A model generated the notes under the pieces. The model had not been told where the DNA came from, did not search any database, and saw only the letters and a program-made list of their open reading frames with translations. Below, piece by piece: positions 52,844 to 64,000 of a stretch of DNA of 64,000 nt. The DNA is taken from assembly GCA_047495785.1 (NCBI GenBank), contig JBLDXI010000041.1, positions 62,001 to 126,000 of the forward strand. Direction: 5' to 3'. A program made the translations under genes and the position numbers. How positions within the stretch are numbered: the first letter of the stretch is position 1; every line of letters begins with the position of its first letter. The stretch is from Lepidodermella squamata. Its lineage: Eukaryota; Animalia; Gastrotricha.

Positions 52844-53522
52844 TCACAAGGCATCTGACAGCAATTTTTCAACTTGCTCGAATACCGATTCGGGCGCTTG
52901 CGAAGCATCGACCTTCCTGACTAGCCCCAGTCGATCGTAATGCTGTATGATTGAAGATGTTTGCAGGTTGAATGTATCAATTCTACCACACCAAAAGTTA
53001 CACAAAATTTCAGGTGGAAAATTTCGCTACCTTTTTCTGAGCGTTTCCTCGTTATCGTCTATACGGCCTTGTCCTCGTGACAGGCAACGTTGAATACATA
53101 TCTGGACAGGGCAGTCGAGGAGCAAAACAAATAATACTTTCGCCCGTTCCCCCATGTAACTCTCCCAGCCTTCGAGATTGTCTTGATTGCGAGGGAAACC
53201 ATCAACAAGGACAAGTGGCGCGGGCGCGCGAAGCATGGCTTGCTCAATAAGCTTCACGGTAATTTCAACTGGGACGATGGAACCTTCGCGAATATGGCGT
53301 TCGATTTCAGCACCGTAAGGGGAATCGGGTTTGCTTCGCTCTTCCCGCAGTAAATCACCAGCTGATAAATGTAAATAGCTGTATTTCTATGATATAAAGT
53401 GTAAACATATAATGTGGCAATTCGCAGCTGATCCAACATACCTTCGCCAACTTCTGACACTGCGTTCCTTTTCCCGATCCCGGTGCGCCCAAAACAAACA
53501 CAACTTTAGGAATCATCGCCAT
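52844..53522 (-). CDS. CMPK1: UMP-CMP kinase, 3 exons
   Basis: [16 protein letters not shown] (P-loop), [33 protein letters not shown] and [13 protein letters not shown]|I. Confidence 0.95.
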
Positions 53523-53629
53523 GTTCAAACAACTAAAACCTAAGATGACAAAATTAAAAAACCTTAAATTTTCATTGAGCCATGATTGAGCCATGATTGA
53601 GCAAAACAGAAGGATTCACGCGTGAAGTT

Positions 53630-54667
53630 TCAACCCGACACTTTTGGCTTCTTAGATGACGGTTCTACTGAATTATTACTCCCGGCATTGTTGATCTCAT
53701 CAGTTTCGTGTGAAATTATTTTCATAAATAGAGGGTTATCAGTACGAACACTGTAGACCAGAGTCGCTTTTTGATAATATGCAGGCATAAGCCTGATATT
53801 ACTGATCACGTTGGCGAGAAAATGAGCGCGTTCCGCTGACCACAAACCTCCCAAACCAGTCTCTTCGCCAGCAAAAGATCCAACAACGAAATGCACATGC
53901 AAATGCCAATAAGACGGTAGATAGTGGAAAAAGATTCGAAGACGATTAACAGGAATACCATACTTTTCTTCGATGAACTTTGGAACAGTGGAAATTAGAT
54001 TCTCGAGCAAAGGAAGGTGCTCAGTTCCAAGCGATCGAAGGCTCGGGAGATCTCTGCGGCGAACAATCGCAACTAGATACAGTCTTTTTTGGGGATCACT
54101 AGAGCCATCCCATTTCATATCTGGGAGCAGTACGAAACCATTCAATGGATCGTCGTCGGACAGCACAATCCTTTCTTTTTCAGCCATGCCATCCAATATG
54201 TTGTGTACCCATTTCACAGCTAGATGATTTTCAGCTATGTAAGGCTTAGTTATTGATGTAAAGATTTCCGGTGATTCCGTTATAATAGCCGTTTCACTCT
54301 GCGAGTATTTCGCAATGTGTTTAGCGGTAGCAGGCGATATCACTGTAGCCTTAAGCTTGTTCAAATTCGATGACGGACCAGGTAAGACATTGAAAGTATA
54401 ATAGATGTCATTGGCCAGGATAAGAGACGCAGAATCCTTGGGCTCTTTTGAATTAGAAATCAGATCTACAACATCAGATTCGGATATGGGTGGCTTTTCG
54501 ATAACTAAGATTACATCCTTCTCATCGGCTGTTGAAGTTTGACAGAGAAGCGCGAGTTGGCGACCGCTAACAGATGATCCAAGGATTTTTTTGAACGACA
54601 AATTGGAATCAGCGAAAGCTTTCCATCCTTCAGGAGACTTATCAACACCATTCCCCGAAGATGACAT
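53630..54667 (-). CDS. DCPS: m7GpppX scavenger decapping enzyme, intronless
   Basis: NDIY, LKATVISPATAKHIAKY, WVHNILDG, GFVLLPDMKWDG, SLRSL, HIT motif HYLPSYWHLHVHF and ERAH. Confidence 0.95.
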   Translation of the reverse strand: MSSSGNGVDKSPEGWKAFADSNLSFKKILGSSVSGRQLALLCQTSTADEKDVILVIEKPPISESDVVDLISNSKEPKDSASLILANDIYYTFNVLPGPSSNLNKLKATVISPATAKHIAKYSQSETAIITESPEIFTSITKPYIAENHLAVKWVHNILDGMAEKERIVLSDDDPLNGFVLLPDMKWDGSSDPQKRLYLVAIVRRRDLPSLRSLGTEHLPLLENLISTVPKFIEEKYGIPVNRLRIFFHYLPSYWHLHVHFVVGSFAGEETGLGGLWSAERAHFLANVISNIRLMPAYYQKATLVYSVRTDNPLFMKIISHETDEINNAGSNNSVEPSSKKPKVSG

Positions 54668-56765
54668 AATGTGCAAGGTAAAACAACACTCAAGTGGCTA
54701 CGTAGTTTAAGCAAAGCTAAGTGAGGCAGGTAAAAGGTGATGTTGGCCTAACCCCTGTGTAGTGCAGCGCAGTTTTGAAACTGAACGAACACGTAGGAAG
54801 GTAGCGCGTAGGCTGACTCAAAAAGGCAGGTGTGCGAAATATATAACATATATTTATTATTGCTCTTAATATTTAATATTTTCAATCTTTGTGCTTGAAT
54901 GTAACCCAGAGCTGGTGGCGTACCTGACGTCTGACCTTGAAACTGCACATCCACCATAGTCCGCGGATGCCGACAGATATGCGGGGCGACTTTTGGTTCG
55001 ATTTTCGAGCGGATTTGTCGCGGCCGCATGAAACCACGCTCCTATAAAGTTTGCTGGCCCTAATGTTCAGAGGAACTAACTTCTCAACCGCTGTCGTTTG
55101 CATGATTTAGTGTTTAGTGCCTGTTATCAGCGTTCAGAAGGAAGGGCTATACTCTATGACGATAGCCGAAAGCTGACTTGAGACCATTCTAAGTCATTTG
55201 CGGCGCAGGCTTAGCAGACCCAATACTCTACACTTACTTTAACCCTTTCCTAAAAAGCTAATCCCATCCAAGATCATTGTGGCGCTAGCTAACCGCCAAC
55301 TGACTTGTCGAGGATGGATGGTGGTAATCTTGGGCTGAAGGTTGACGAAAGCGCAAGTGATGATTTCACCGGTGCGTTCGGACTTTCTAAGAGCGGACTT
55401 GCTTCGACGACCTTATCTGCCCTTGTTGGCCGTCAGCTCAACAACCCTACTATCGATCTGAACATGGAATCTGTTGGCTGCTGACTGGTACCTCTCGGCC
55501 CTGGGTTTATAAAAGATTCCAGAGATGCGATAACCATCATTTCATTGTTAATATTGCTATGCACGATGAAGCAATATTTCATCGTGTTTAAGTGGCCTTG
55601 CTGATATAAATGTAATTTACTAGGCTCTGTAAATGTAATTTACTCCGAACAAGCTTTATTCCCCTCCGCTGTCCTCTTCGCCTCTGTTGGGCCAGCAGTT
55701 CCAAACTTTGTTAGGATTCTTTAGCGACAATTTGAGAATCTTTGAAATGACTTCCCCTTCATAGGGACATCCGCCTTTAGAGCTTACAAGGAATACAAAT
55801 GCGTCTGCTGTTGACGATTGAACCGTGTATTTCATCCACTGGCGGTAGTTTATTGACAGGAATACGTTGTTAACTTTTAATGTGGCTTTAAATTGATACA
55901 CCAATGTGGCTGTCTTGGAGCCGAGATATCGCCTGCAGCTAACCCATAATCCGCTGTATACCTGTCGAGCGTCCTTTGTTGGTTTTCCGAAAATATCACC
56001 CGCCGTGATTACCGTATACGGCTTAATTTTCGTGGTTTTTATTAGTCGCAACATTTCTCACTCGAGCAAATTTAGTGTTAAGCTTGATATGAAACAGAGA
56101 TTTCCATTCTCTCGGCTCATCCTTTTAACTATTCACTTTGGAAAAATGATTGCCGATATCGCTGTGGTCATCAAATTTTGACCTCATTTTGACTGTTTCT
56201 CACCATTTCGCACAATTGAAACACTATATGAAACCATTTGATTTGCCTTTTTACTCTTGATCATGCTTTAACTCTTGAAACAAAATTTCTTCTGATATCA
56301 TACGACTGTAAGATGGCGAACCTCTTCTTGCTAATTACTAAAGCAATGATTAAAATGACTTTAAATTATTTTTCATTGGAAAAGTGGCGTTTGAATTTTC
56401 GTGATTCGCGAAAAAACAACGAAAAATAAGCCGTATCCAACCCTAGATATTATCCCGATAGATCATAAGATAACTTCGGAAGCGTTTCCCGTCTTGCTTA
56501 AAATAACGTGCAGCCAAGCAACATTTATTACTGAAATCTGATCAACCACTGCATTTGAGAATCAGATTACCTATTGCTTGCTCAGCTTTCATACACATTA
56601 TATTGCCGCGAGCAGAACTGGCTAGCCGTCTTTGATCTCATTGCTTAACCCGAGACTGAAAAGAAGGCAAAATTATACAAATTCATGTTTCTTCATTAGC
56701 CATCTAAACTTGGTGCTTGAAATTCCATTTATTGTTAATGTCAATTAGGTTTTTAAGCCAACGAT

Positions 56766-57383
56766 ATGTCGCTAAAGCCTTATTTGGCAGCTGTGCGCCA
56801 TTCTCTCACGGCTGCACTTTGCCTGCAAAACTTCGACTCTCAGCTTGTGGAGCGACATAACAAGCCTGAAATCGAAATAATGTAAGCCCTGTTTTAAAAA
56901 AAATAATGTAATCATGCTGGAATTATCTTCATAGGAAAAGCAAAGAATTGCTGCTGAATCCAATTGTAGTCAGCCGATCCGAAAAAGAGCGCGTTTTGAT
57001 TGAACCGTCAATCAATTCTGTTCGTGTTAGTATCGCCGTGAAGCAAGCCGATGACTGCGAAAAAATGCTTTGCCACAAGTTTATGCGATTCATGATGCGC
57101 CGCGCCGACGGGTTCGTGATTCTTCGTCGGAAACCAGTCGCTGTAAGTTGATAATAATTGACTATTTAACATTGCAAATACCGTTGTAATAATAATCCAA
57201 CAGGGCTACGACATCAGCTTCCTAATCACCAACACACATACAGAACAAATGCTGAAGCACAAGCTGGTTGATTTCATTATCAGCTTTATGGAGGAAATCG
57301 ACAAGGAAATCAGCGAAATGAAACTGTCCCTCAACAGTCGTGCTCGCATCTGCGCCGAAGAATACCTGAAACGTTTTGGCTAA
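56766..57383 (+). CDS. ARPC4: Arp2/3 complex subunit 4 (p20), 3 exons
   Basis: [35 protein letters not shown]...[18 protein letters not shown]...CHKFMRFMM...|[26 protein letters not shown]...[12 protein letters not shown]. Confidence 0.97.
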
Positions 57384-58621
57384 GCTGGTGATATTTGTCC
57401 GTTAAGTGCCTTTATCACGCGATGTGCTTTTATTTGTTATTGTAATTTTCTCAATTACTTTCTCGGATATTTATCGACAAGTGCTTATCAGCTATCGCTT
57501 GATCCAATAGGCACTTCATCAGTGTATTTCAACGTGATTGCTAGTTTTTACTGCAATAATTTATGATGCAGTCGCTCATATTATCCAACTGCTAATTATT
57601 ACGCGCTAAAAAAAGTGAATCGAAATAAAAAAGATTAGTGAAAAGCAAGTCTATTTTATTCATTTTTTTGTCAGACTCGACTCACTTCAACTGCTGATGA
57701 CCTCCGTACATGTTTTCTATCACCAAGCAGCATTTTTTTTAGTAAGAGATGCTTATAAAGAAGACACATGCGCCCCTAAACTACGTAAATGTCATTGACA
57801 CAGAAGAGGATATGACCAGACGACGGGCACAGGGTTCAACGAACGAATTTCGACGAAACTAGGAAAAGATTAGGAGGGGAAATGAGACACGCTGCATGAA
57901 AAATAACTCAACCGTTCGAATGCATCGCACGAATAGGCGAATGGTTGCTAGTGTTTACAAAATATGTCATCCACCTTAGATCACGTCATTTTCGTGCGTC
58001 GTGTCTCATCTAATGAATGTTCTCACAGAGATATAAATGAAAACGCCGAACGAACCAAAGCAAGCTACATGGACATTTCCGAATCACATTATAGTATTAT
58101 ATTTAATTTATCTTGTATTCTTTTCATTATATCAATTTCTCATATGTACAATATGAAGAGCGGAACGAAAGAAAGCTATCGAATAATATATGTCGATAAT
58201 TGGAAGAAATAGGAGGATCAACGGGCGGCACAATGTCATTTTGACCATCTAAAACAGCAATTTTTTTCTTTCAATCAGCTGCGATAACTGAAAATCTCAT
58301 GAGTGCACTATAAAACTTAAAGACTTCCAGACACATAGCCAGGCGCATGATTCGTAGCGTCATCGAAGAGCAACTGCAGTCACAGGCAACTTCGAAACAT
58401 ATATTGTTTTTTTTTACAAATTGAGAAACCGCGATAATAAGAACAAAACAATATTCGATAATCAAGTATAGTGAAATGCATGTCAGAATATTCTGAATAT
58501 TGAAGCACGTCATCACCAACAAATGATAATGAGCCGTTTTTATCGTTATCATCATCATCACGATATCCGAACTATTTTGAGAAAGCATACTTGTTTTAAC
58601 GAATTACTATCAAACAGTCTT

Positions 58622-60350
58622 CTATTCTGCGAAAGCTTGGCCGGACGAAACACCGCCGACTGTCGCTGAACGTTGCTGCTGATTAGTGCGAGGACCTCGG
58701 TTGTTGAAGTGACGCCTATTGTCGCCAAATTGCTGCCCGGAATTTTGACCACCGGATCGGTGGAAACCACCACGGCCACTATTGCCACCGCGACCACCTC
58801 CTGAACCGCGAGGGCGCCTCGCTTCTTGTCCACCCATCCACGCCCCATCTATATAGCAAAGAGGTGAGAAAATTAAACGGAACACGCTAGATTCAAACCT
58901 CGGTTGGCACCGGAACCAGCATCTGCGGACTTCCATTCACTGAAATCAGCGTCGTCTTGAGCAGGCCACGCAGCAGCTTCATTGTTCTCGTCGGCGCCAC
59001 CCGAATGAGCAAATTGTCGCCGATTATTACGCTGCGGCTGGTGTTGACCAGAATGCTGGCGGTTGTTTCGTTCACTGCGATTACGGCCGCCACCTTGCTG
59101 ATCCGGATATGCATGACCATCGTTGTTAGTAGGGTTGCCACCTCGATTGCTCCATGCAGCAGGATTGGCACGATCGTTGAAATTAGCTTCACCCTCTTGC
59201 TCCGGCTAAGTAAACATATAGGATAATATTAAACATTTTCTAGGTTATTTAATTTCAGGATGCTCACTCTTCCAGGAGAACGCTGAGGAACCCAATTACC
59301 TATCTGCTGATCTGCATTTGAATTAATGAACTCTCGAGGAGCTCCAGCGCGATGCTGGTTGGCGCCGGAGGAAATTTGCGACTCTTGCAAGAAGCTAAAG
59401 CTGCCAGGTTTCACGATTTCCTCCAATTTCGAAGCCGGAGGGGCAACTTCCTTTTGATGAGCATGTAACGCATGCTGTTCGCCATGATGCTTTTGAGGTG
59501 AGGTAGGGGGCTGACGAACGACGTGCTCCGATGCAGATCCTTCATTCAAATGCTTCGAATGATGGTTGTTGTTATGATGTTGGGACGTACGGTTGTTGCT
59601 TTCGGCAGGCTCTTCTGTTTGAGGTTGCTCGACTTCTTGAGACTTCGGTTCTTCAGGCTTGCTGTGAGATACAGTTTGCTTCGCCTCGGAAAAGATTTGA
59701 TGCAACCGCGACAACACGCCGGCAAGGCTGGCATAGGTTTGCTTCTCGAAAAAAGGCTTCTCCTCCTTGCGCAGAACGCGTTCAAAGCAGTCAGTTGCAG
59801 CCGTTAAGAAGGCCTCGGATTTGTTTGTAGTAGGCTCGACAGTTTCGTAAAATTTGTCAATCATAGACAATTCCGCATCGCTAACCTTGTTACTCTGCTT
59901 CAGTTCATTGCGGACATTTTCATCCCCGAGCGTGTTAAGAACCAACCGTATTTCCAGGATCTCCCGCATCCTTTCAACGTCACGCTTTCTTTGAGCGATT
60001 TTTTCCGCTTTGGCCTGTTTCTTTTGCATCGATTCATATTCAGTAAAAGTTGACTCGAACTGCTTTTTCAAGTCTCCAAGCAACTCCAATAGTTGCACAA
60101 CTTCTCCAAAATGACTCAAAGCCTCGCGCTGATCCGCTTTCAAGTTGCTATCACCAATTTTCTTGTATTCATCCAGCTTCTTTTTCCTCTTCTCCAGATT
60201 TCTCCACTTGTGTTGAACGATAGCCAAAATCTGTTGAGGCAAAGCAGCATTTTCATTGTTTTCCGTTACTGAGTTCCTTCCGGAACCAGATCCACTTTGA
60301 ACAAGAGCGGGTTGAGAATCATTAGCGACGTTGGCAGTTTTAGCAGGCAT
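58622..60350 (-). CDS. CAPRIN1: Caprin family RNA-granule protein, 3 exons
   Basis: HR1-like IVQHKWRNLEKRKKKLDEY...LKADQREAL, LNTLGDENVRNEL, the G3BP-binding-type motif GSFSFLQES, and a C-terminal RGG/low-complexity region. Confidence 0.88.
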
Positions 60351-60671
60351 GATCAATGAGCAACTACTCAGCAACAATCTTAAAATCCTATAAAAAATAG
60401 CCAACCTCATAGTTAGTCACAAGTAAAAAATCAAGTTTATTGCAGTTGCAATTGAAGAAATGGATGATAGCTGAATAGATATCAGACAGAAAATTCCGAC
60501 TCAGAAACTCAACCATGAAACATTACAAAATAACATAGGTTAACAAATAGATAGAAAACAGTTTTATTGCATTTCACATTTTTGGAAAGCCACAATTTAT
60601 GGCTTCTGACCAATACGTTCAGAGATCAGAAACCATTAAATAGCCTTATTCGTGTTTAGGAATCTCATATT

Positions 60672-62226
60672 ATCATCATCATCATCATTTTATTGTTTTC
60701 CTTCTGATTGCACCATTTTTTTTTTAATTTTATAAAAGAATATCAGTATTTAGGAATGGATTTATAAATGGGCAAAAAGAGGATCGAGCGCAGAAGTAAG
60801 GCGACCGTACACAGCATATAAGAATGTTTATATAGGATGATGCGCGCAAGGCACGCATACATTAGATAAGGTGATTAAAATAATAATTAGTTTTATTAAC
60901 TAAGGCCAGATTTGTAAGGACAGGCCATTCTTCCAATATAAATTTTTTGCACGAGTTAACAAAAAGATTTATCGAAGTAATGTTAGTGATAGAGGCAGGT
61001 AGAAGGTTCCATAATTTGGCAGTTCTAATAGCAAAGCTAAAGCCCCTAAGGCAAAGTGAATGTTGAGGAATTGTTAATTTGTTATTAGAATGATGTCGAG
61101 TAGTAGAGAGATTAGGTTTGAGAAAGAAAGTATCGAATTCTAGAGGATGAGACATATTATTAATTATTTTGAACGCCATCGTAAGATCGCGGATTAACCA
61201 TCTTTGGTTTAAGGATAGCAATTCAAACTTAGCCAGCCTCTGAATATAGTCGAGGGGAGCCATAGGGGGAGATATAAATCTAGATGTGAAGTTTTTTAAG
61301 CACTTTTCTAAAAGATTACGATGCTTGATTAAATAAGGCTGCCAGACGCATGAGGCATATAGTAGGTTGGGTAAGACATAAGAATTGAAAGCACGAATTA
61401 GAACTGAGTGATTTCTGGTGGAAAAAGAGTTCAGGATCAAACCACAAAGGCGACGGCTTTTAGCGTATAGTTGGTTGCAGTGAGACGAGAAGGTCAACCT
61501 GCTATCTATGATGACGCCAAGATCGCTAGTTTCTGTCAACGAGTTGATAATGTGAGAACCGAGTAGATAGTTATGGAGTAAGTTCTTGGATCCAAGACGA
61601 AGAATGAAACATTTTTTAAGATTAACTGATAGTTGGTGGGAAGTGAAAAAAGAATAGATAGAGTTAATATCCTGCTGTATATCAGCTGGATTTGTACCCA
61701 ATTTGGGGTAAATCTTAACATCGTCAGCAAATAATCGAATAATGCAAGATTTCACACAGGATGGCAAGTCATTAATGAAAAGAAGGAATAAGATTGGGCC
61801 CAGCACGCTTCCTTGGGGCACACCGGAAGTGACTGGAGACCACTGACAATGAGCATTGTTAATAACGACGCGTTGAGAACGACCAAGTAAAAAATTAGAT
61901 ATCCAGTCAAGTAGGCGACCAGAAATGTTGTAGTGTTCTAGTTTATTTATTAGTTTTATGTGAGAGACGGAATCGAAGGCCTTTTTAAGGTCAAAGTAAA
62001 TGCAGTCAACGGGGATGCCCCTGTCAAGTCTAGACGACCACTCGTTGATATTTTCGAGTAGCTGCATTTCGGCACTGCGGCGTGATAGGAACCCAAACTG
62101 TTCGGGAGATAGAATATTATTTTTAGTGAGATGAGATACCAGTTCAATCCGAATACAAGACTCCATAACTTTACATGGTATACTGGTTAGGCTAATGGGC
62201 CGATAGTTTTTAATGGGCCGATAGTT
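60672..62226 (-). mobile_element. 5'-truncated CR1-type LINE with an open RT domain and an AATAAA-(ATG)n 3' tail
   Basis: NYRPISLTSIPCKVME, QFGF, YFDLKKAFDSVSH, SGVPQGSVLGPILFLLFINDL, LFADDVK, DLGVIID and KLWNLLP. The tail reads AATAAAATGATGATGATGATGAT on the minus strand (60672-60694). Confidence 0.95.
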
Positions 62227-64000
62227 CATTAAGGTGGCTTCGGCCAAATGATACATTTATTTCGGCATCCTGGTCGGAAGCATAAGGAATTACTAACTTA
62301 CAACACCCACAATTCACGATCAAGGCCGACTTTCAGAGAACATAACGCATAACGCTGTCGTGGCAGTGAGAATTGTTCGGAAGATTTTTACGCGCCGCAT
62401 AAGACACGAGCTCGGCATCCTTTGATAATTTCACAGAAAAACATAAAAATACTCTCAAATTTACAAAACAAGGCTCAATTACGGTTAAGCAATATTTTTG
62501 TTTTACCAATTCAAATTTTTGGCGCGTAGCCTTAAGTAGTAGCAGAGAGTTCTTGGCTTGGCTCTGCGATATTTATTTTCTGCGCTTGCGATTTTCTGAA
62601 AAACCGGAGTTCCTCGTTCCTCTGTGACCTACTTCTAATATACACCCATAGAAAGCAGAATAATATGAAGCCTTTGCTTAGAACAGGTGAAATGCGCAAA
62701 CTTACCTCGGCGTGCCTGTCGGCGCCAATTGGATGGAAGACCGCTCAAGTGGCGAATCCGATATGAGACATGCAATCGTCATCATTGCTGATAGTCAAAC
62801 CATCATCGAAAACAATGTTCAACGATTTAGTCACCTCATGTAGTTGGAGTCATGCCCTTCTAGCCTGTCTAGCGCAGGTGTTCATCGCAAAGCCAGAGAA
62901 AAGTTCAGCGTTGGAGAGTTGGAGAGGATGATCGAGAATCGTGAGTCATCGACACGGATGTGCCCGCAGCTCCTTGCTCCTCTCCTGTTCACCGTCAATA
63001 TCGGACAGCCGACTGCCCGATACTATCGACGACCCCAGCTGATTTTCTGACAGGCGGGCCGGTTGTACCGCACGCAGTGCAATTTAAGAGGGATGATCTG
63101 AAAAAAATAACTAAGCGAAAATTGATGCCAACCTCCGGTCGTTAATGTAAATGAGACGCCGATTTAACACAGTAAAAACTTGAGCTACTTGGAACATGGA
63201 GTGCTCGTCTTCAATCTTCACAGATTTGAAGAGCGTGCAGAAATCGCCAAGTGTCTTACCTTCCGTCTTGTCGACAAAAAGGTTTTCCGTTTTCTGCAAA
63301 GCTACCTACAGCAGTCTTATAAACTGGCGACTCGTCTCTGAGCTCCTGCTACGTCATACTCAATGCAGCCAAAACACCAACCGAGCGCTCATGTGAACGG
63401 CCCGGGCTGCTGTAAGAATTCCAAGTGAAAATTTTGCAACGGCTCTGTGGCAAAGAACGTAGTTTAAACCGAATACCAAGTTGAACCCTGTGCGCCGCAA
63501 TTCCGAACTTTGCAGTCGGATAGTCGGATACACTAAATCTGTTATCATCCGTCGCTCGAAGGTGAGGAGCCAGACCGACCCTCTCAGTCGGAATCTGTCC
63601 TTGTCGCACAGGCTTGCGGAAATTCCTTATCGAACGGGTGTCAAATAGGTCATAGCTCTAATATAAGTATTATATATTTTTCGTTCTGTTGTGAAATGTC
63701 CCAATAAGCTTTATATCTTGCGCCTTTTGAAGTTGACTTTGAGTGGCAGGTTCTAATATCTACCATCCTTTGATGATCTTGTGGAAACAGCGCCATAGAT
63801 CGCAAGTTGCACGAGTTATCCAAAAGCACTCGCCTAATTCAAAATTCCAGCGGAACGAATTCGAGAAATAAGTTTTTTATAACCGTAATTTGTTTTTCTG
63901 ATTTAACATTTTGTAAACGATGCTAGTAAATCGATAGTTAACATCACCACTGTGATAATCCTGGTTCTTATTATCAAACTGATGCGTAACTCAGGAATCG

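Noticed and set aside
55230-55270. TTAACCCT plus AAAAGC suggesting a telomerase RNA template/pseudoknot
   Set aside because: Less than the ~1.5 repeats required, and no pseudoknot or H/ACA domain is identifiable.

Overview
Eukaryotic nuclear DNA from a compact animal genome: standard genetic code, GT-AG introns mostly ~45-70 nt. A B-type muscarinic receptor and Wamide peptide precursors point to a protostome invertebrate. The ORF track fragments most genes because they are spliced, and it misses ASH1L entirely. About 18 protein-coding genes are supported: ASH1L (5' part), PAK4-type kinase, SNM1A/DCLRE1A, PRPF38A, a UBF/UBTF-like HMG protein, mAChR-B, an orphan secreted EGF protein, an sNPF/PrRP/NPY-type GPCR, two single-copy Wamide (MIP/AstB-like) neuropeptide precursors, a DMRTA2/Dmrt99B-type gene, EAAT2-like SLC1, TPD52, a tetraspanin, FAF2, CMPK1, DCPS, ARPC4 and Caprin. 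There are also two 5'-truncated LINE insertions and a 31-34 kb zone of periodic repeats and hairpins. The best candidates for new biology are: (1) operon-like co-oriented housekeeping gene runs with 107-540 nt gaps and an apparently unpaired splice acceptor just before nearly every ATG, suggesting SL trans-splicing; (2) a peptide GPCR directly followed by two unusual one-peptide Wamide precursors; (3) a highly structured multi-hairpin element and a hammerhead-like core downstream of the Dmrt gene. All family calls come from motif recognition by eye, not database searches.
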